From Erysipelotrichaceae bacterium (GTDB lineage Bacteria; Bacillota_I; Bacilli_A; Erysipelotrichales; Erysipelotrichaceae), in assembly GCA_017473265.1 (NCBI GenBank), contig JAFULQ010000022.1, forward strand, positions 4,954 to 68,953: 64,000 nucleotides of DNA, given 5' to 3'. Made by a program: the position numbers and the translations under genes. Below, piece by piece: positions 10,376-19,914 of the stretch. Position 1 is the stretch's first letter. Each line of letters begins with the position of its first letter. The notes beneath the pieces are model-generated. The model was given only the letters and a program-made list of their open reading frames with translations, did not search any database and had not been told where the DNA came from.

Positions 10376-11707
10376 ATGCTTAATATTCTAAATATTTTTC
10401 AAAAAGCAATCTTAGAAAATACAATTGATAACAATTTATATACAATCCACGATGTTAAAAAAGGTCTTCGTAATGAAGATGGTACTGGAGTATTAATTGG
10501 TTTAACACGTATCGCTGATGTTGTTGGATATGAAAAAATAGACGGCAAAAAAGTTGATACCGAAGGTCAATTGTATTATCGTGGTATTTCTATTTTTGAT
10601 TTAACCCAAAATTTAGATAAACATAAAATTTGTGGTTTTGAAGAAATCTGTTTCTTAATTCTATTTGGACATTTACCAAATCAAGAAGAATTAGATATTT
10701 TTATGAAAGAACTACAAAGTTTATATACTTTACCAGATGGCTTTCTAGCAAACAATATCTTACGCTATCCAGGAATGAACATTATGAATAAAATGCAACG
10801 ATCTTTGTTGATGTTATATGATACAGATGAAAATGCAGATGATTGTAGTGTAGAAAACACCTTTAAACAAGGGTTATCTATTATCGCAAAAATGCCTGCT
10901 ATGCTAGCCTATGCTTATCAAGCTAAAGCACATGTTTTACATAATGAAAGTTTATACATTCATCATCCGGATACAAATGCAAGCATTGCAGAAAACATCT
11001 TGCGTATGATTCGTCCAGATTGTAAATATACAGAACTAGAAGCAAAGATTTTAGACTTATTATTAGTTTTACATGCGGACCATGGTTCTGGTAATAACTC
11101 AACCTTTACAAACATTGTTGTATCAAGCACCAATACAGATATCTATTCTGCTTTTTCTGCTAGTGTAGGTTCTTTAAAAGGCCCAAGACATGGTGGCGCA
11201 AATATAGCAAATAAGAATATGATGAAAGCTATCATAGATGAAATTGGATTAGATGCTTCGATTGAAGATATGAGAAACATCGCACATCGTTTATTAGACA
11301 AAGATTTCTATGATCAAAAAGGTTTAATCTACGGTATGGGACATGCTGTATATACTTTAAGCGATCCTAGAAGTGTTATTCTAAAACAACAAGCACAATT
11401 ATTGGCAAAAGAGAAAAACATGGAGAAAGAATTCTTATTCTATTCTCAATTTGAACAAGTTGCGAAAGAAGTTATCTACCAACGTAAAAACATTCATGTA
11501 TGTAGTAATGTTGACTTCTACAGTGGTTTCGTCTATGAAATGATGAATATTCCAGAAGATTTATATTCACCATTATTTGTCGCAAGTCGCTCCGTTGGAT
11601 GGCTTGCACACAACATTGAAAACAAATTATATTGTAATCGCATTGTACGTCCTGCAGGTAAATATGTAGGAGAAACAATGGAATACATTCCTATGGAAAA
11701 GAGGTAA
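10376..11707 (+). CDS. citrate synthase
   Basis: Motifs GPRHGGAN, GMGHAVY and NVDFYSG are present. Confidence 0.9.
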   Translation: MLNILNIFQKAILENTIDNNLYTIHDVKKGLRNEDGTGVLIGLTRIADVVGYEKIDGKKVDTEGQLYYRGISIFDLTQNLDKHKICGFEEICFLILFGHLPNQEELDIFMKELQSLYTLPDGFLANNILRYPGMNIMNKMQRSLLMLYDTDENADDCSVENTFKQGLSIIAKMPAMLAYAYQAKAHVLHNESLYIHHPDTNASIAENILRMIRPDCKYTELEAKILDLLLVLHADHGSGNNSTFTNIVVSSTNTDIYSAFSASVGSLKGPRHGGANIANKNMMKAIIDEIGLDASIEDMRNIAHRLLDKDFYDQKGLIYGMGHAVYTLSDPRSVILKQQAQLLAKEKNMEKEFLFYSQFEQVAKEVIYQRKNIHVCSNVDFYSGFVYEMMNIPEDLYSPLFVASRSVGWLAHNIENKLYCNRIVRPAGKYVGETMEYIPMEKR

Positions 11708-11712
11708 TTATT

Positions 11713-12708
11713 ATGCAAAAAGTAACACTATTTGAAGGCGATGGCATTGGACCAGAAATCACTAGAGAAGTGGTTCGCATTATCGATGCTTTACAACTAC
11801 CTATTGAATTTGAACCATATGACATTGGTAAAACCGCATTTGAAAACTGTGGAGAACTAATTCCACAAGCATCCTTAAATTCTATTAAACGCAATAAAAT
11901 TGCTTTAAAAGCACCAGTAACAACACCAATTGGACATGGTTTCCGTTCCGTAAATGTAGGACTACGCTTAGCTTTTGATTTATTTGCTAACATTCGTCCA
12001 GCAAAATCCATTCCGAATGTAAAAACACGTTATGAAGACATTGATTTAGTCGTTTTTAGAGAAAATACTGAAGACTTATACATTGGTTTAGAAGAAGAAA
12101 TTGATGAAAATACCATTCATGCGATAAAGAAAATTACACGTCATGCTTCTGAACGTATCATTCGTGCTGCATTTGATTATGCTGTTAAAAACAATCGTAA
12201 AAAAGTAACTTGTGTACATAAAGCAAATATCCTAAAGAAAAGTGATGGTTTATTCTTAAAGATTTTCAATGAAATCAAAGAAGAATACCCAACCATTGAA
12301 ACTAATGATTTAATTGTAGACAACACATGCATGCAATTAGTTATGAACCCAGAAAAATTTGATATTATGGTTATGCCAAACTTATATGGTGATATCCTAT
12401 CCGATTTAACTTCTGGACTTATTGGTGGTTTAGGACTATTACCAAGTGCAAACTTAAATGAAGAGTATGCAATCTTTGAAGCCGTACATGGTTCTGCACC
12501 AGACATTGCTGGACAAAACATCGCTAATCCTACTGCCTTATTATTAAGTGCATGTATGATGTTAGATCATATAGGTTATACAACTGAAGCAAACAAAGTT
12601 CGTCATGCAATTGAAGATGTTTATCAAAATACAACCATTCGTACAAAAGATGTAAAAGGAACTGCATCTACTACTGAATTCGCAAATGAAATTATTGCTA
12701 GATTATAA
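11713..12708 (+). CDS. icd: isocitrate dehydrogenase (isocitrate/isopropylmalate dehydrogenase family, short NAD-type)
   Basis: The NLYGDILSD motif and GSAPDIAG are present. It lies 5 nt downstream of citrate synthase. Confidence 0.85.
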   Translation: MQKVTLFEGDGIGPEITREVVRIIDALQLPIEFEPYDIGKTAFENCGELIPQASLNSIKRNKIALKAPVTTPIGHGFRSVNVGLRLAFDLFANIRPAKSIPNVKTRYEDIDLVVFRENTEDLYIGLEEEIDENTIHAIKKITRHASERIIRAAFDYAVKNNRKKVTCVHKANILKKSDGLFLKIFNEIKEEYPTIETNDLIVDNTCMQLVMNPEKFDIMVMPNLYGDILSDLTSGLIGGLGLLPSANLNEEYAIFEAVHGSAPDIAGQNIANPTALLLSACMMLDHIGYTTEANKVRHAIEDVYQNTTIRTKDVKGTASTTEFANEIIARL

Positions 12709-12737
12709 AAGAAAAGCCTTCTAAAAGGCTTTTTTTA
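12708..12737. terminator. bidirectional intrinsic terminator (icd / glycosyltransferase)
   Basis: The hairpin is AAAAGCCTT-CTAA-AAGGCTTTT followed by a T run. Confidence 0.7.
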
Positions 12738-13824
12738 TGTATTCTATAATAAGTTTTGCTCCACCACTATTTCCCAGTGCATCATGTATCATATCCTGCA
12801 CTCTATTCATACTCTCTTTCATACCCGTATCCATCATTACAGAACTTACTAAACTCTTTAATGCCTGCATATCATCTAATTTTTTACCAACACCTAGTTT
12901 TTCCACACACTCTGCATTCACAAATTGATCCGATGCAAACGGTATAACTACCATAGGTACTCCATATACAAGTGCTTCAGATACACTATTCATCCCACCA
13001 TGATTAACAAATACATCCGCTATTTTTAACACTTCTATTTGAGGAACACGTGTATAGATATGAATATTACTTGGAACAGATTTCAATTTTCGTATATCGA
13101 AATTTCCACAAGACAGAATCACATCTACATCTTCATTTTTAAAATCTTCGATACATTGATTAAAGAACGCTTTAGCCCCTTTCACAATCGTACCCAATGA
13201 AATGTAGATAATAGGTCTTGTTTTAACAAACAAAAATTCTTCATTCCTATCATAAATAGATGGTCCTAAAAATTTATACAAATCATTTGAAAAATCCTCT
13301 ATATATGGTTGATATTCCTTCAATGTATATACCAAATTCAATCCAGCCGGATTATATACAATTTCATCCAACCAATTATCGGTTTTCATAGAAATATCTT
13401 TCGCAATATCTTTAGTAAAAGCTTTATTAATCCATTTACACTTAAAAATAGATAACGGCCCTTTTTCAATAAATCTCTCCATTAATACTTTATTGGTGAC
13501 AGGTGCTGTAAACACACGAACAGCAGGTTTCTGATATTTTTCAGCTAAATGCTTACCAAGAAAAAAGAATTGTTCATAAATAATGCCATCAAAATGAGAA
13601 ATAATCTTTTCAGCACTCGCATATGCATGCTTCATCTGTTCAGCTAATTGCTTATGATTGTTATAACCACAAAATACAGCTCCACTAGCTTTTATTTTAT
13701 CTTCCCAATCATATGGCAACATATACGTTACTTCACAACCTTGCGCAATCAATTCCTGTACTAAACCAATGGTTGGTACCACATGACCATAGTATGGCAA
13801 ATTAATAAATAATAACTTCATCAT
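12721..13824 (-). CDS. GT1 family UDP-glycosyltransferase (MGT / YjiC-like)
   Basis: The C-terminal UDPGT signature region is present: HGGMNSVSEALVYGVPMVVIPFASDQ. Confidence 0.8.
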   Translation of the reverse strand: MMKLLFINLPYYGHVVPTIGLVQELIAQGCEVTYMLPYDWEDKIKASGAVFCGYNNHKQLAEQMKHAYASAEKIISHFDGIIYEQFFFLGKHLAEKYQKPAVRVFTAPVTNKVLMERFIEKGPLSIFKCKWINKAFTKDIAKDISMKTDNWLDEIVYNPAGLNLVYTLKEYQPYIEDFSNDLYKFLGPSIYDRNEEFLFVKTRPIIYISLGTIVKGAKAFFNQCIEDFKNEDVDVILSCGNFDIRKLKSVPSNIHIYTRVPQIEVLKIADVFVNHGGMNSVSEALVYGVPMVVIPFASDQFVNAECVEKLGVGKKLDDMQALKSLVSSVMMDTGMKESMNRVQDMIHDALGNSGGAKLIIEYIKKAF

Positions 13825-13881
13825 GATACCTCCATTCTATTTTTATTCTAACATAAAAAAAGGCATATACTGCCTTTTCAC

Positions 13882-14610
13882 TTAAACAATCAATGGTAAG
13901 ATATAACTCACCCATAACCAACTTAACGGTATAACTAATACCATCGAAACCACCATATCCGCTAAAGGAAAATCTTTAATCTTCATCATGCGTAATCCTG
14001 TCGCAATGACTAACAATCCACCACAAGCCTTAAAATCCGCAAACATACTTGCTGTTACATATGGCATAATTACACCAGATAAAGCAAATAAACTCAAAAA
14101 CACAATCCCTTGTGGAATGGCAATAGCACTAACTACCATACCCAATTGACTAGCAAAAATCGCAGCTGTAAAGAAATCCAAAACCGATTTAGAAATCAAA
14201 ATCGTAGGATCCCCACTTATACCTTCAACCAAACTACCATAAATACCCGTACCACTAGCACAAAACAAAACAATAATCATGACTAATGTTTGCATATACT
14301 CAGTTTCACTTAGTTCACTTTGATTCTTAAACACTCTAGAAATTCCTTTTTCTAAAAATTTAGCACCTTTTTGAACATAATCACTAACATGCAACAACAT
14401 CCCAATAGCAGTACCTACAATAATACTCATAACTACCACAGGCATATTTTGCATACCTACAATCGAAGGAATACCTATTGCAATTGAACTTAATCCAAAT
14501 AATAAAGTTAATTCATTTTTAATGCGAGTTGGAATATATTTACCAACTAAAACACCAAAGATACCACCAAAAAATACAGAACATATATTAATCGTTATTC
14601 CAATCGGCAT
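13882..14610 (-). CDS. DUF554 family membrane protein
   Basis: It is a polytopic membrane protein starting MPIGITINICSVFFGGIFG, which resembles YdfK/YqgA-type proteins. Confidence 0.75.
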   Translation of the reverse strand: MPIGITINICSVFFGGIFGVLVGKYIPTRIKNELTLLFGLSSIAIGIPSIVGMQNMPVVVMSIIVGTAIGMLLHVSDYVQKGAKFLEKGISRVFKNQSELSETEYMQTLVMIIVLFCASGTGIYGSLVEGISGDPTILISKSVLDFFTAAIFASQLGMVVSAIAIPQGIVFLSLFALSGVIMPYVTASMFADFKACGGLLVIATGLRMMKIKDFPLADMVVSMVLVIPLSWLWVSYILPLIV

Positions 14611-15697
14611 CTTCTTTTTCCTCTACTTCTTTTTGTTTCATCGCTTCATCAAACAAACGAATCAATTCTTTTTCATCCTCTGCTTCAATCGCATATGGAT
14701 GTAAATTTGCCATAGAATGAAACGATTGTAAAATACGATTCGCAACTTCCTTATTTTGATAATTCAAAACATATTGTGTACGCAATACCGTAATATTATT
14801 ACGCATCATTTGTAAAAATTGTTTAAATTCTGTTGTGATATACATATCTACTGCATATCCCTTTAATAAACGACAATAGATTAACTCACATTGCAACATA
14901 TATTTATGTACACCTGCAAAACCCACATTACGTTGTAACGCATTCTCGATTTCATACTCCACATCATTAAATTCATGCATACTCATCATACGAATGATTT
15001 TGAAATAAATAGCAGCCGCAACCATCTGATTTTGTAATTGATCATAAGAATACTCTATAAACCATTCTTCAGGCATATCTTTTAAAGCAACACCTCTTGC
15101 AAGTTGTGCTGTTACCATCATCTGTAACCAATATGCATGTAAAGCTTCTTTATTTTCTGAAATTGTATCAATAGTAAATCCATCATTTGATATCATTTGA
15201 AGATTTAATGGCAAACCATTTTGTAAAGTAAATATAAACCCACTAAATGCAATAATATAACAAGCTGTATCTACATATACACTAGTAGATAATAAACTAC
15301 AGCCTACTGCGATTAATGCTAATAATGAATTAAAAATACATCCTCCCCACAAATATAATTTAAAAGGCATATTCCCATCTTTTAACATTGGCGGAACCAT
15401 TAAACACTGACCTGCGGTTCCGGCTAAAGAAAAACGTTTATATTGAAGCTTTCCATCTACATTTATCCATACATGATTTCCAATTCGAAATGATAGAAAT
15501 TCATATCCACTCAATAATCCAAATACTAAATGTCCCAATTCATGAACAACCGTTTGTAATATATTGGATACATACATAGCTAACATTAAGCCAATCATAA
15601 TGGACAAAAAAGAGCCATTAGGAACCATAGCCATATAAATAAAAGCACAACCAACACCCAAAAACGTATTTAATGTGCGATAAATAAAATTATGCAT
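14588..15697 (-). CDS. membrane HExxH metalloprotease-like protein (M50/site-2-protease-like N-terminus plus a helical cytoplasmic C-terminal domain)
   Basis: HELGH sits inside a TM helix (TVVHELGHLVFG). A second motif, QNGLPLNLQMISNDG, resembles the M50 LPxxPLDG motif. The tail is acidic. Confidence 0.6.
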   Translation of the reverse strand: MHNFIYRTLNTFLGVGCAFIYMAMVPNGSFLSIMIGLMLAMYVSNILQTVVHELGHLVFGLLSGYEFLSFRIGNHVWINVDGKLQYKRFSLAGTAGQCLMVPPMLKDGNMPFKLYLWGGCIFNSLLALIAVGCSLLSTSVYVDTACYIIAFSGFIFTLQNGLPLNLQMISNDGFTIDTISENKEALHAYWLQMMVTAQLARGVALKDMPEEWFIEYSYDQLQNQMVAAAIYFKIIRMMSMHEFNDVEYEIENALQRNVGFAGVHKYMLQCELIYCRLLKGYAVDMYITTEFKQFLQMMRNNITVLRTQYVLNYQNKEVANRILQSFHSMANLHPYAIEAEDEKELIRLFDEAMKQKEVEEKEDADWNND

Positions 15698-15783
15698 ATC
15701 ATCAACTCCATATCTATTATATCAAAAAAACAGTTGAGACACACCTTACAATGCATCTTAACTGTCATAAACCTAATTCAAAG

Positions 15784-16527
15784 TTAATTTTGTTGATTAC
15801 GATAACGAGACAAGAAACGTTGTAAAGATTCTGTTTTTGGATTACCAAAAATTTCTTCAGAAGTTCCTTGTTCCGCAATCACACCTTGTTCCATAAATAC
15901 TACACGAGTACTTACTTCTTTCGCAAATTGCATTTCATGAGTAACTACAATCATCGTTAATCCTTCTTTAGCTAAGTCCTTCATAACATTAAGAACATCA
16001 CCAACCATCTCAGGATCCAATGCACTAGTAGGCTCATCAAACAACAATACCTTAGGATCCATACACAACGCCCTAGCAATCGCTACACGTTGCTTTTGAC
16101 CCCCAGATAATTGCATAGACCCTGCATACGCAAAATCCTTCATACCTACTTTATCTAAGTAAAACAAAGCCTTTTCTTCCGCTTCCTTTTTACTACGTTT
16201 CAAAACCTTCATTTGTCCAATCATACAATTTTCAATAACATTCTTATTATTAAATAAATTGAAATTTTGGAACACCATACCAATATGTGTACGATGTTGA
16301 TTCACATCTATCTCACCTTGTAATACATCTTTACCCTCATAATAGATAGCGCCCGCATCCGGCATTTCTAATAAGTTAATACAACGTAACAAAGTACTTT
16401 TACCACTACCACTTGAACCAATAATCGTAACAACTTCACCTTTATCCAAATGAAACTCTACATCATTTAATACTGCCAACTTACCAAAATGTTTCTTTAA
16501 ATGTTGAATATCAATTAAATGTCCCAT
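15784..16527 (-). CDS. amino-acid ABC transporter ATP-binding protein
   Basis: [17 protein letters not shown] and [11 protein letters not shown] are present. Confidence 0.93.
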   Translation of the reverse strand: MGHLIDIQHLKKHFGKLAVLNDVEFHLDKGEVVTIIGSSGSGKSTLLRCINLLEMPDAGAIYYEGKDVLQGEIDVNQHRTHIGMVFQNFNLFNNKNVIENCMIGQMKVLKRSKKEAEEKALFYLDKVGMKDFAYAGSMQLSGGQKQRVAIARALCMDPKVLLFDEPTSALDPEMVGDVLNVMKDLAKEGLTMIVVTHEMQFAKEVSTRVVFMEQGVIAEQGTSEEIFGNPKTESLQRFLSRYRNQQN

Positions 16528-16529
16528 AC

Positions 16530-17246
16530 CTAAGCACCTACTTTCCCAGTCGTATTTGCCATACGTTTTTCAATATAACCTAAAATCTTACTTGTAGGAT
16601 AGGTTAAGCACAAGTAAATCATCGCTACCACAAAGAATGTTTCTGTATATTTAAAGACACTTCCTGCAACAGAAGAACCTTGGAAATACAAATCATTAAC
16701 CGCAATAACATTCAACACAGAACTATCTTTAATATTTACAATAAATTCATTAATAATAGACGGGAACGAATTACGAATCGCTTGTGGAATAATAATATAG
16801 AACATTGTTTGTAAATGACTCATCCCCACAGAACGAGCACCCTCTGTTTGTCCTTTATCCACAGCTTGAATACCAGAACGAACAATTTCAGCCATATAAG
16901 CACCCGTATTAATGGAAATAATCACAATACCAGCCACAATCGGTGTCCAATTTAAACCAATACTCTTCAATCCATAATACATAAAGAATGATTGTACCAT
17001 CATTGGTGTTCCTCTAAAGAATTCAATATAAACCGTTAATACCCAATCAATAACCTTTTTACAAATTCTAGAAAATTTAGAACTACGAGGTTCAAGTGAA
17101 ATCGCACGAATCGCACCAACCACTAAACCAATCATCAAACCAAATACAGTACCCGTAATGGCTAATAATAACGTAATTTTAACACCACTGAAAAATAATA
17201 TAGAATACTTAGTAAATATACCCCACGCTGTTTCAATAAATTGCAT
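16530..17246 (-). CDS. amino-acid ABC transporter permease
   Basis: It resembles His/Glu/Gln/Arg-type permeases, with an EAA-like loop ([27 protein letters not shown]). Confidence 0.9.
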   Translation of the reverse strand: MQFIETAWGIFTKYSILFFSGVKITLLLAITGTVFGLMIGLVVGAIRAISLEPRSSKFSRICKKVIDWVLTVYIEFFRGTPMMVQSFFMYYGLKSIGLNWTPIVAGIVIISINTGAYMAEIVRSGIQAVDKGQTEGARSVGMSHLQTMFYIIIPQAIRNSFPSIINEFIVNIKDSSVLNVIAVNDLYFQGSSVAGSVFKYTETFFVVAMIYLCLTYPTSKILGYIEKRMANTTGKVGA

Positions 17247-17248
17247 GA

Positions 17249-18061
17249 CTATTCCTCACTTGATGGTTGACGATTTGTCGCATCAAGCATCATGTTTACT
17301 CTATCATCTTCACTAATTGCATCTAATACACTTTGCACAGCTTTAAAGAAATCACCATCTCTAGTACCTTCTTTTAAACAAATAGAAACTGTTGTATCAA
17401 TATCAAATCCATAACCATCTTCAAAATAAACGATAGCTAAATCATCATTTGCTTGAGTAGCACCAATTGCTACTGGTAATTCAGCAGTAATCGCATCCAC
17501 TTCACCAGTTTGTAATGCATAAATCATTAATGGATATGTTTTTAATGGAGTATGATGATTCACACCAGGAATTTGATCAATAATATCATCATAGTTAGTA
17601 CCAATTTGACCAACAACATTTTTACCACTAAAATCAGTTAAATGTGCTTCACGATCCAATGCATCCGCTTTTCTAACAATCATAACCATTTCTGATTCAT
17701 AATATGGAGTAGTGAAATCCCCATTCATTTCACGATCCGGATTTGCCGTCATCCCTGCAATAATTGCATCAATATCATTCGCTTCTAACGCTGGTTGTAA
17801 ACCTTCCCAAGCAATCTTCTTAATTACTAATTCCTTCCCCAAAGAATCCGCAATTTTTTGAGCAATCATAACATCGTATCCATCCGCATATCCGCCACCA
17901 CTAATGGCAATACCATGTTCACCTTGTTCTAATGCTGTCCAGTTAAATGGTGCATAATCACATTCCATACCAACTACAAATTGATTGTCAGTATCCACAT
18001 TTCCACCACAACCTGCTAATAAAAATCCTAAAATCAATAATACCGCTAATAATCTTCTCAT
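17249..18061 (-). CDS. amino-acid ABC transporter substrate-binding lipoprotein
   Basis: I placed the start at ATG 18061 (MRRLLAVLLILGFLLAGC, a lipobox) behind AGGAGG. The track start at 18112 lies inside the leader terminator. Confidence 0.85.
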   Translation of the reverse strand: MRRLLAVLLILGFLLAGCGGNVDTDNQFVVGMECDYAPFNWTALEQGEHGIAISGGGYADGYDVMIAQKIADSLGKELVIKKIAWEGLQPALEANDIDAIIAGMTANPDREMNGDFTTPYYESEMVMIVRKADALDREAHLTDFSGKNVVGQIGTNYDDIIDQIPGVNHHTPLKTYPLMIYALQTGEVDAITAELPVAIGATQANDDLAIVYFEDGYGFDIDTTVSICLKEGTRDGDFFKAVQSVLDAISEDDRVNMMLDATNRQPSSEE

Positions 18062-18090
18062 CTTCTTATCCTCCTGTAGACTATTAATGA

Positions 18091-18296
18091 AAAAAGCCGT
18101 GCCATTAAGCACGACTTATACTTCAAAAAGAGTCATACATAATAGCGCCTCTACAAACGTAGGAGTGTTACAAGTATTTCCTGTAACCCCAAATAGATAT
18201 TTTGCCAAACATCTACTTTCGGCGATGATTACCTTTCCTCTAGTTCATTGCTTGCCAGCTCCCTAAAGTACTCTGATACACCGCTACCTCTATCGG
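18091..18296 (-). promoter_or_regulatory. probable lysine (L-box) riboswitch with an intrinsic terminator
   Basis: The minus strand reads GATAGAGGTAGCGGTGTATCAGAGTA...GGGAGC...CGCCGAAAG...TTGGGGT...TTGTAACAC...GTAGAGGCGCTAT. A GTCGTGC-TTAAT-GCACGGC hairpin and T run follow. The order of these blocks matches the B. subtilis lysC leader as I remember it. Confidence 0.55.
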
Positions 18297-18351
18297 TTTT
18301 TTTCTTGTATTTTATGTTACTCTTGTATTATAAAATTGTCAACACCTATTT

Positions 18352-19539
18352 TTAATGACAACCACAAGAGCATGTATGTTCGTGATGATCACAAACCAAA
18401 TTTGCATCATCCACTAAATGACAAGCTAAATATTCACGTACGCAAACATCTACATCACCACTTAAACCACGAATCACACGAATATTCTTTTCAGCTAAAG
18501 CATCAACAGCACCTTGACCAATACCACCACATAAAACAGTAGTTACTTGCCAATCAGCTAATTTAGATGCAATTGCACTATGACCAGCACCATCTAAAGA
18601 TAATTCTTGTTTATTCACAATCATACCTTCTTCGATATCATACACCATCATTGTACTAGCTTTACCAAAATGACCAAACACCTCATGATTTTCACAAGGA
18701 ATCGCAATACGTTCACTATCATTCAATAAAGCTTCTAACACTTTAACAGCTTTAGGTAATTGCACATCCAACTCTTCAAGTCTTCCTTCATCACATGCAT
18801 GGGCAATTTCAGGTTGAATTGGTAATTGTGCTAATACTTCAAGACCATTTTTACTAGCAATCTCTTCAATATGGCTTTCACCAAAAATATGCAATTTCTT
18901 ACCACAATCAGGACAAGCAAAATAACTCATATTTTCAACAATACCCAAAATAGGTACATTCATCATCTTCGCCATATTAATAGCTTTAGTTACAATCATA
19001 CTTACCAAATCTTGAGGACTTGTAACAATCACAATACCATCTACAGGCAATGATTGGAACACAGTTAAAGGTACATCCCCGGTTCCTGGAGGCATATCCA
19101 CAAATAAATAGTCAATATCACTCCAAATAACATCTGTATAGAATTGTTTTACCATACCTGCAATAACTGGTCCACGCCATACAACAGGTTTTTCTTCAGA
19201 ATCCAATAACATATTAATAGACATAACTTGTACACCCATTGCACTTGTATTAGGAAGAATTAAATTATCCATACCATAAGCAGGAGAAGTACAATTAAAA
19301 ATCTTAGGAATACTTGGGCCTGTAATATCAGCATCAATAATACCCACGTTATAGCCCTTCTTATTCATATTGATAGCTAATAAACTAGAAACTAGAGATT
19401 TACCAACTCCACCTTTACCACTAACAATACCAATTACTTTTTTAACACTACTTTTACTATTCAATTGTTCCTTTTGAATTCCTTTACGTTCACTACAATT
19501 CGCTGAACAATTTGAACAATCATGATTACATTCACTCAT
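18352..19539 (-). CDS. Mrp/NBP35-family Fe-S cluster carrier ATPase fused to a NifX/NifB-like (dinitrogenase FeMo-cofactor-binding fold) C-terminal domain
   Basis: A deviant Walker A (GKGGVGKS) and CPDCGKK are present. The N-terminus is Cys-rich (CNHDCSNCSANC) and the C-terminus is Cys/His-rich (CDHHEHTCSCGCH). Confidence 0.85.
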   Translation of the reverse strand: MSECNHDCSNCSANCSERKGIQKEQLNSKSSVKKVIGIVSGKGGVGKSLVSSLLAINMNKKGYNVGIIDADITGPSIPKIFNCTSPAYGMDNLILPNTSAMGVQVMSINMLLDSEEKPVVWRGPVIAGMVKQFYTDVIWSDIDYLFVDMPPGTGDVPLTVFQSLPVDGIVIVTSPQDLVSMIVTKAINMAKMMNVPILGIVENMSYFACPDCGKKLHIFGESHIEEIASKNGLEVLAQLPIQPEIAHACDEGRLEELDVQLPKAVKVLEALLNDSERIAIPCENHEVFGHFGKASTMMVYDIEEGMIVNKQELSLDGAGHSAIASKLADWQVTTVLCGGIGQGAVDALAEKNIRVIRGLSGDVDVCVREYLACHLVDDANLVCDHHEHTCSCGCH

Positions 19540-19620
19540 ATTTTTACCTCCAAAAAGAAATAATTCCTTATATATGTTACCACATTTATAAAATATCTAC
19601 CACAAATATAACTTTTATAG

Positions 19621-19649
19621 TTGAAAAACTATTTTTACTATGCTATTAT
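19621..19649 (+). promoter_or_regulatory. sigma-A type promoter for tRNA-Trp
   Basis: TTGAAA, then a 17-nt spacer, then an extended -10 (TGCTATTAT). It lies about 12 nt upstream of the tRNA. Confidence 0.6.
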
Positions 19650-19661
19650 ATTAAAGCGCTT

Positions 19662-19735
19662 AGGGGTATAGTACAATGGTAGTATATCGGTCTCCAAAAC
19701 CGCGGATGGGGGTTCGATCCCCTCTACCCCTGCCA
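19662..19735 (+). tRNA. tRNA-Trp (anticodon CCA)
   Basis: I folded the cloverleaf by hand. The acceptor is AGGGGTA/TACCCCT, the anticodon loop is CTCCAAA, the T loop is TTCGATC, and CCA is encoded. It is 74 nt. Confidence 0.93.
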
Positions 19736-19743
19736 TGTAAATT

Positions 19744-19771
19744 AAAGTTCCTGATATTCAGGAACTTTTTT
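19744..19771 (+). terminator. intrinsic terminator after tRNA-Trp
   Basis: The hairpin is AAAGTTCCTGA-TAT-TCAGGAACTTT followed by a T run. Confidence 0.75.
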
Positions 19772-19914
19772 ATTAATATTATTATTTCCTGTACAAATAA
19801 CACAAGTTATGAAAATTGACAAAAAGTCAACATTTTTACACACGGTTGTTGTTTTTTTATAGAAATTGCATATAATAATAGTACAGATAGCCCGTAAGGG
19901 TAGGGAAACACCGC

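Noticed and set aside
12721-13824. Calling the GT1/MGT-family glycosyltransferase a macrolide-inactivating resistance gene.
   Set aside because: Family membership alone does not define the substrate. There is no adjacent resistance or mobile context.
18336-18542. A His-rich 68-aa plus-strand ORF.
   Set aside because: It is the antisense shadow of the Cys/His-rich C-terminus of the Mrp/NBP35 gene.
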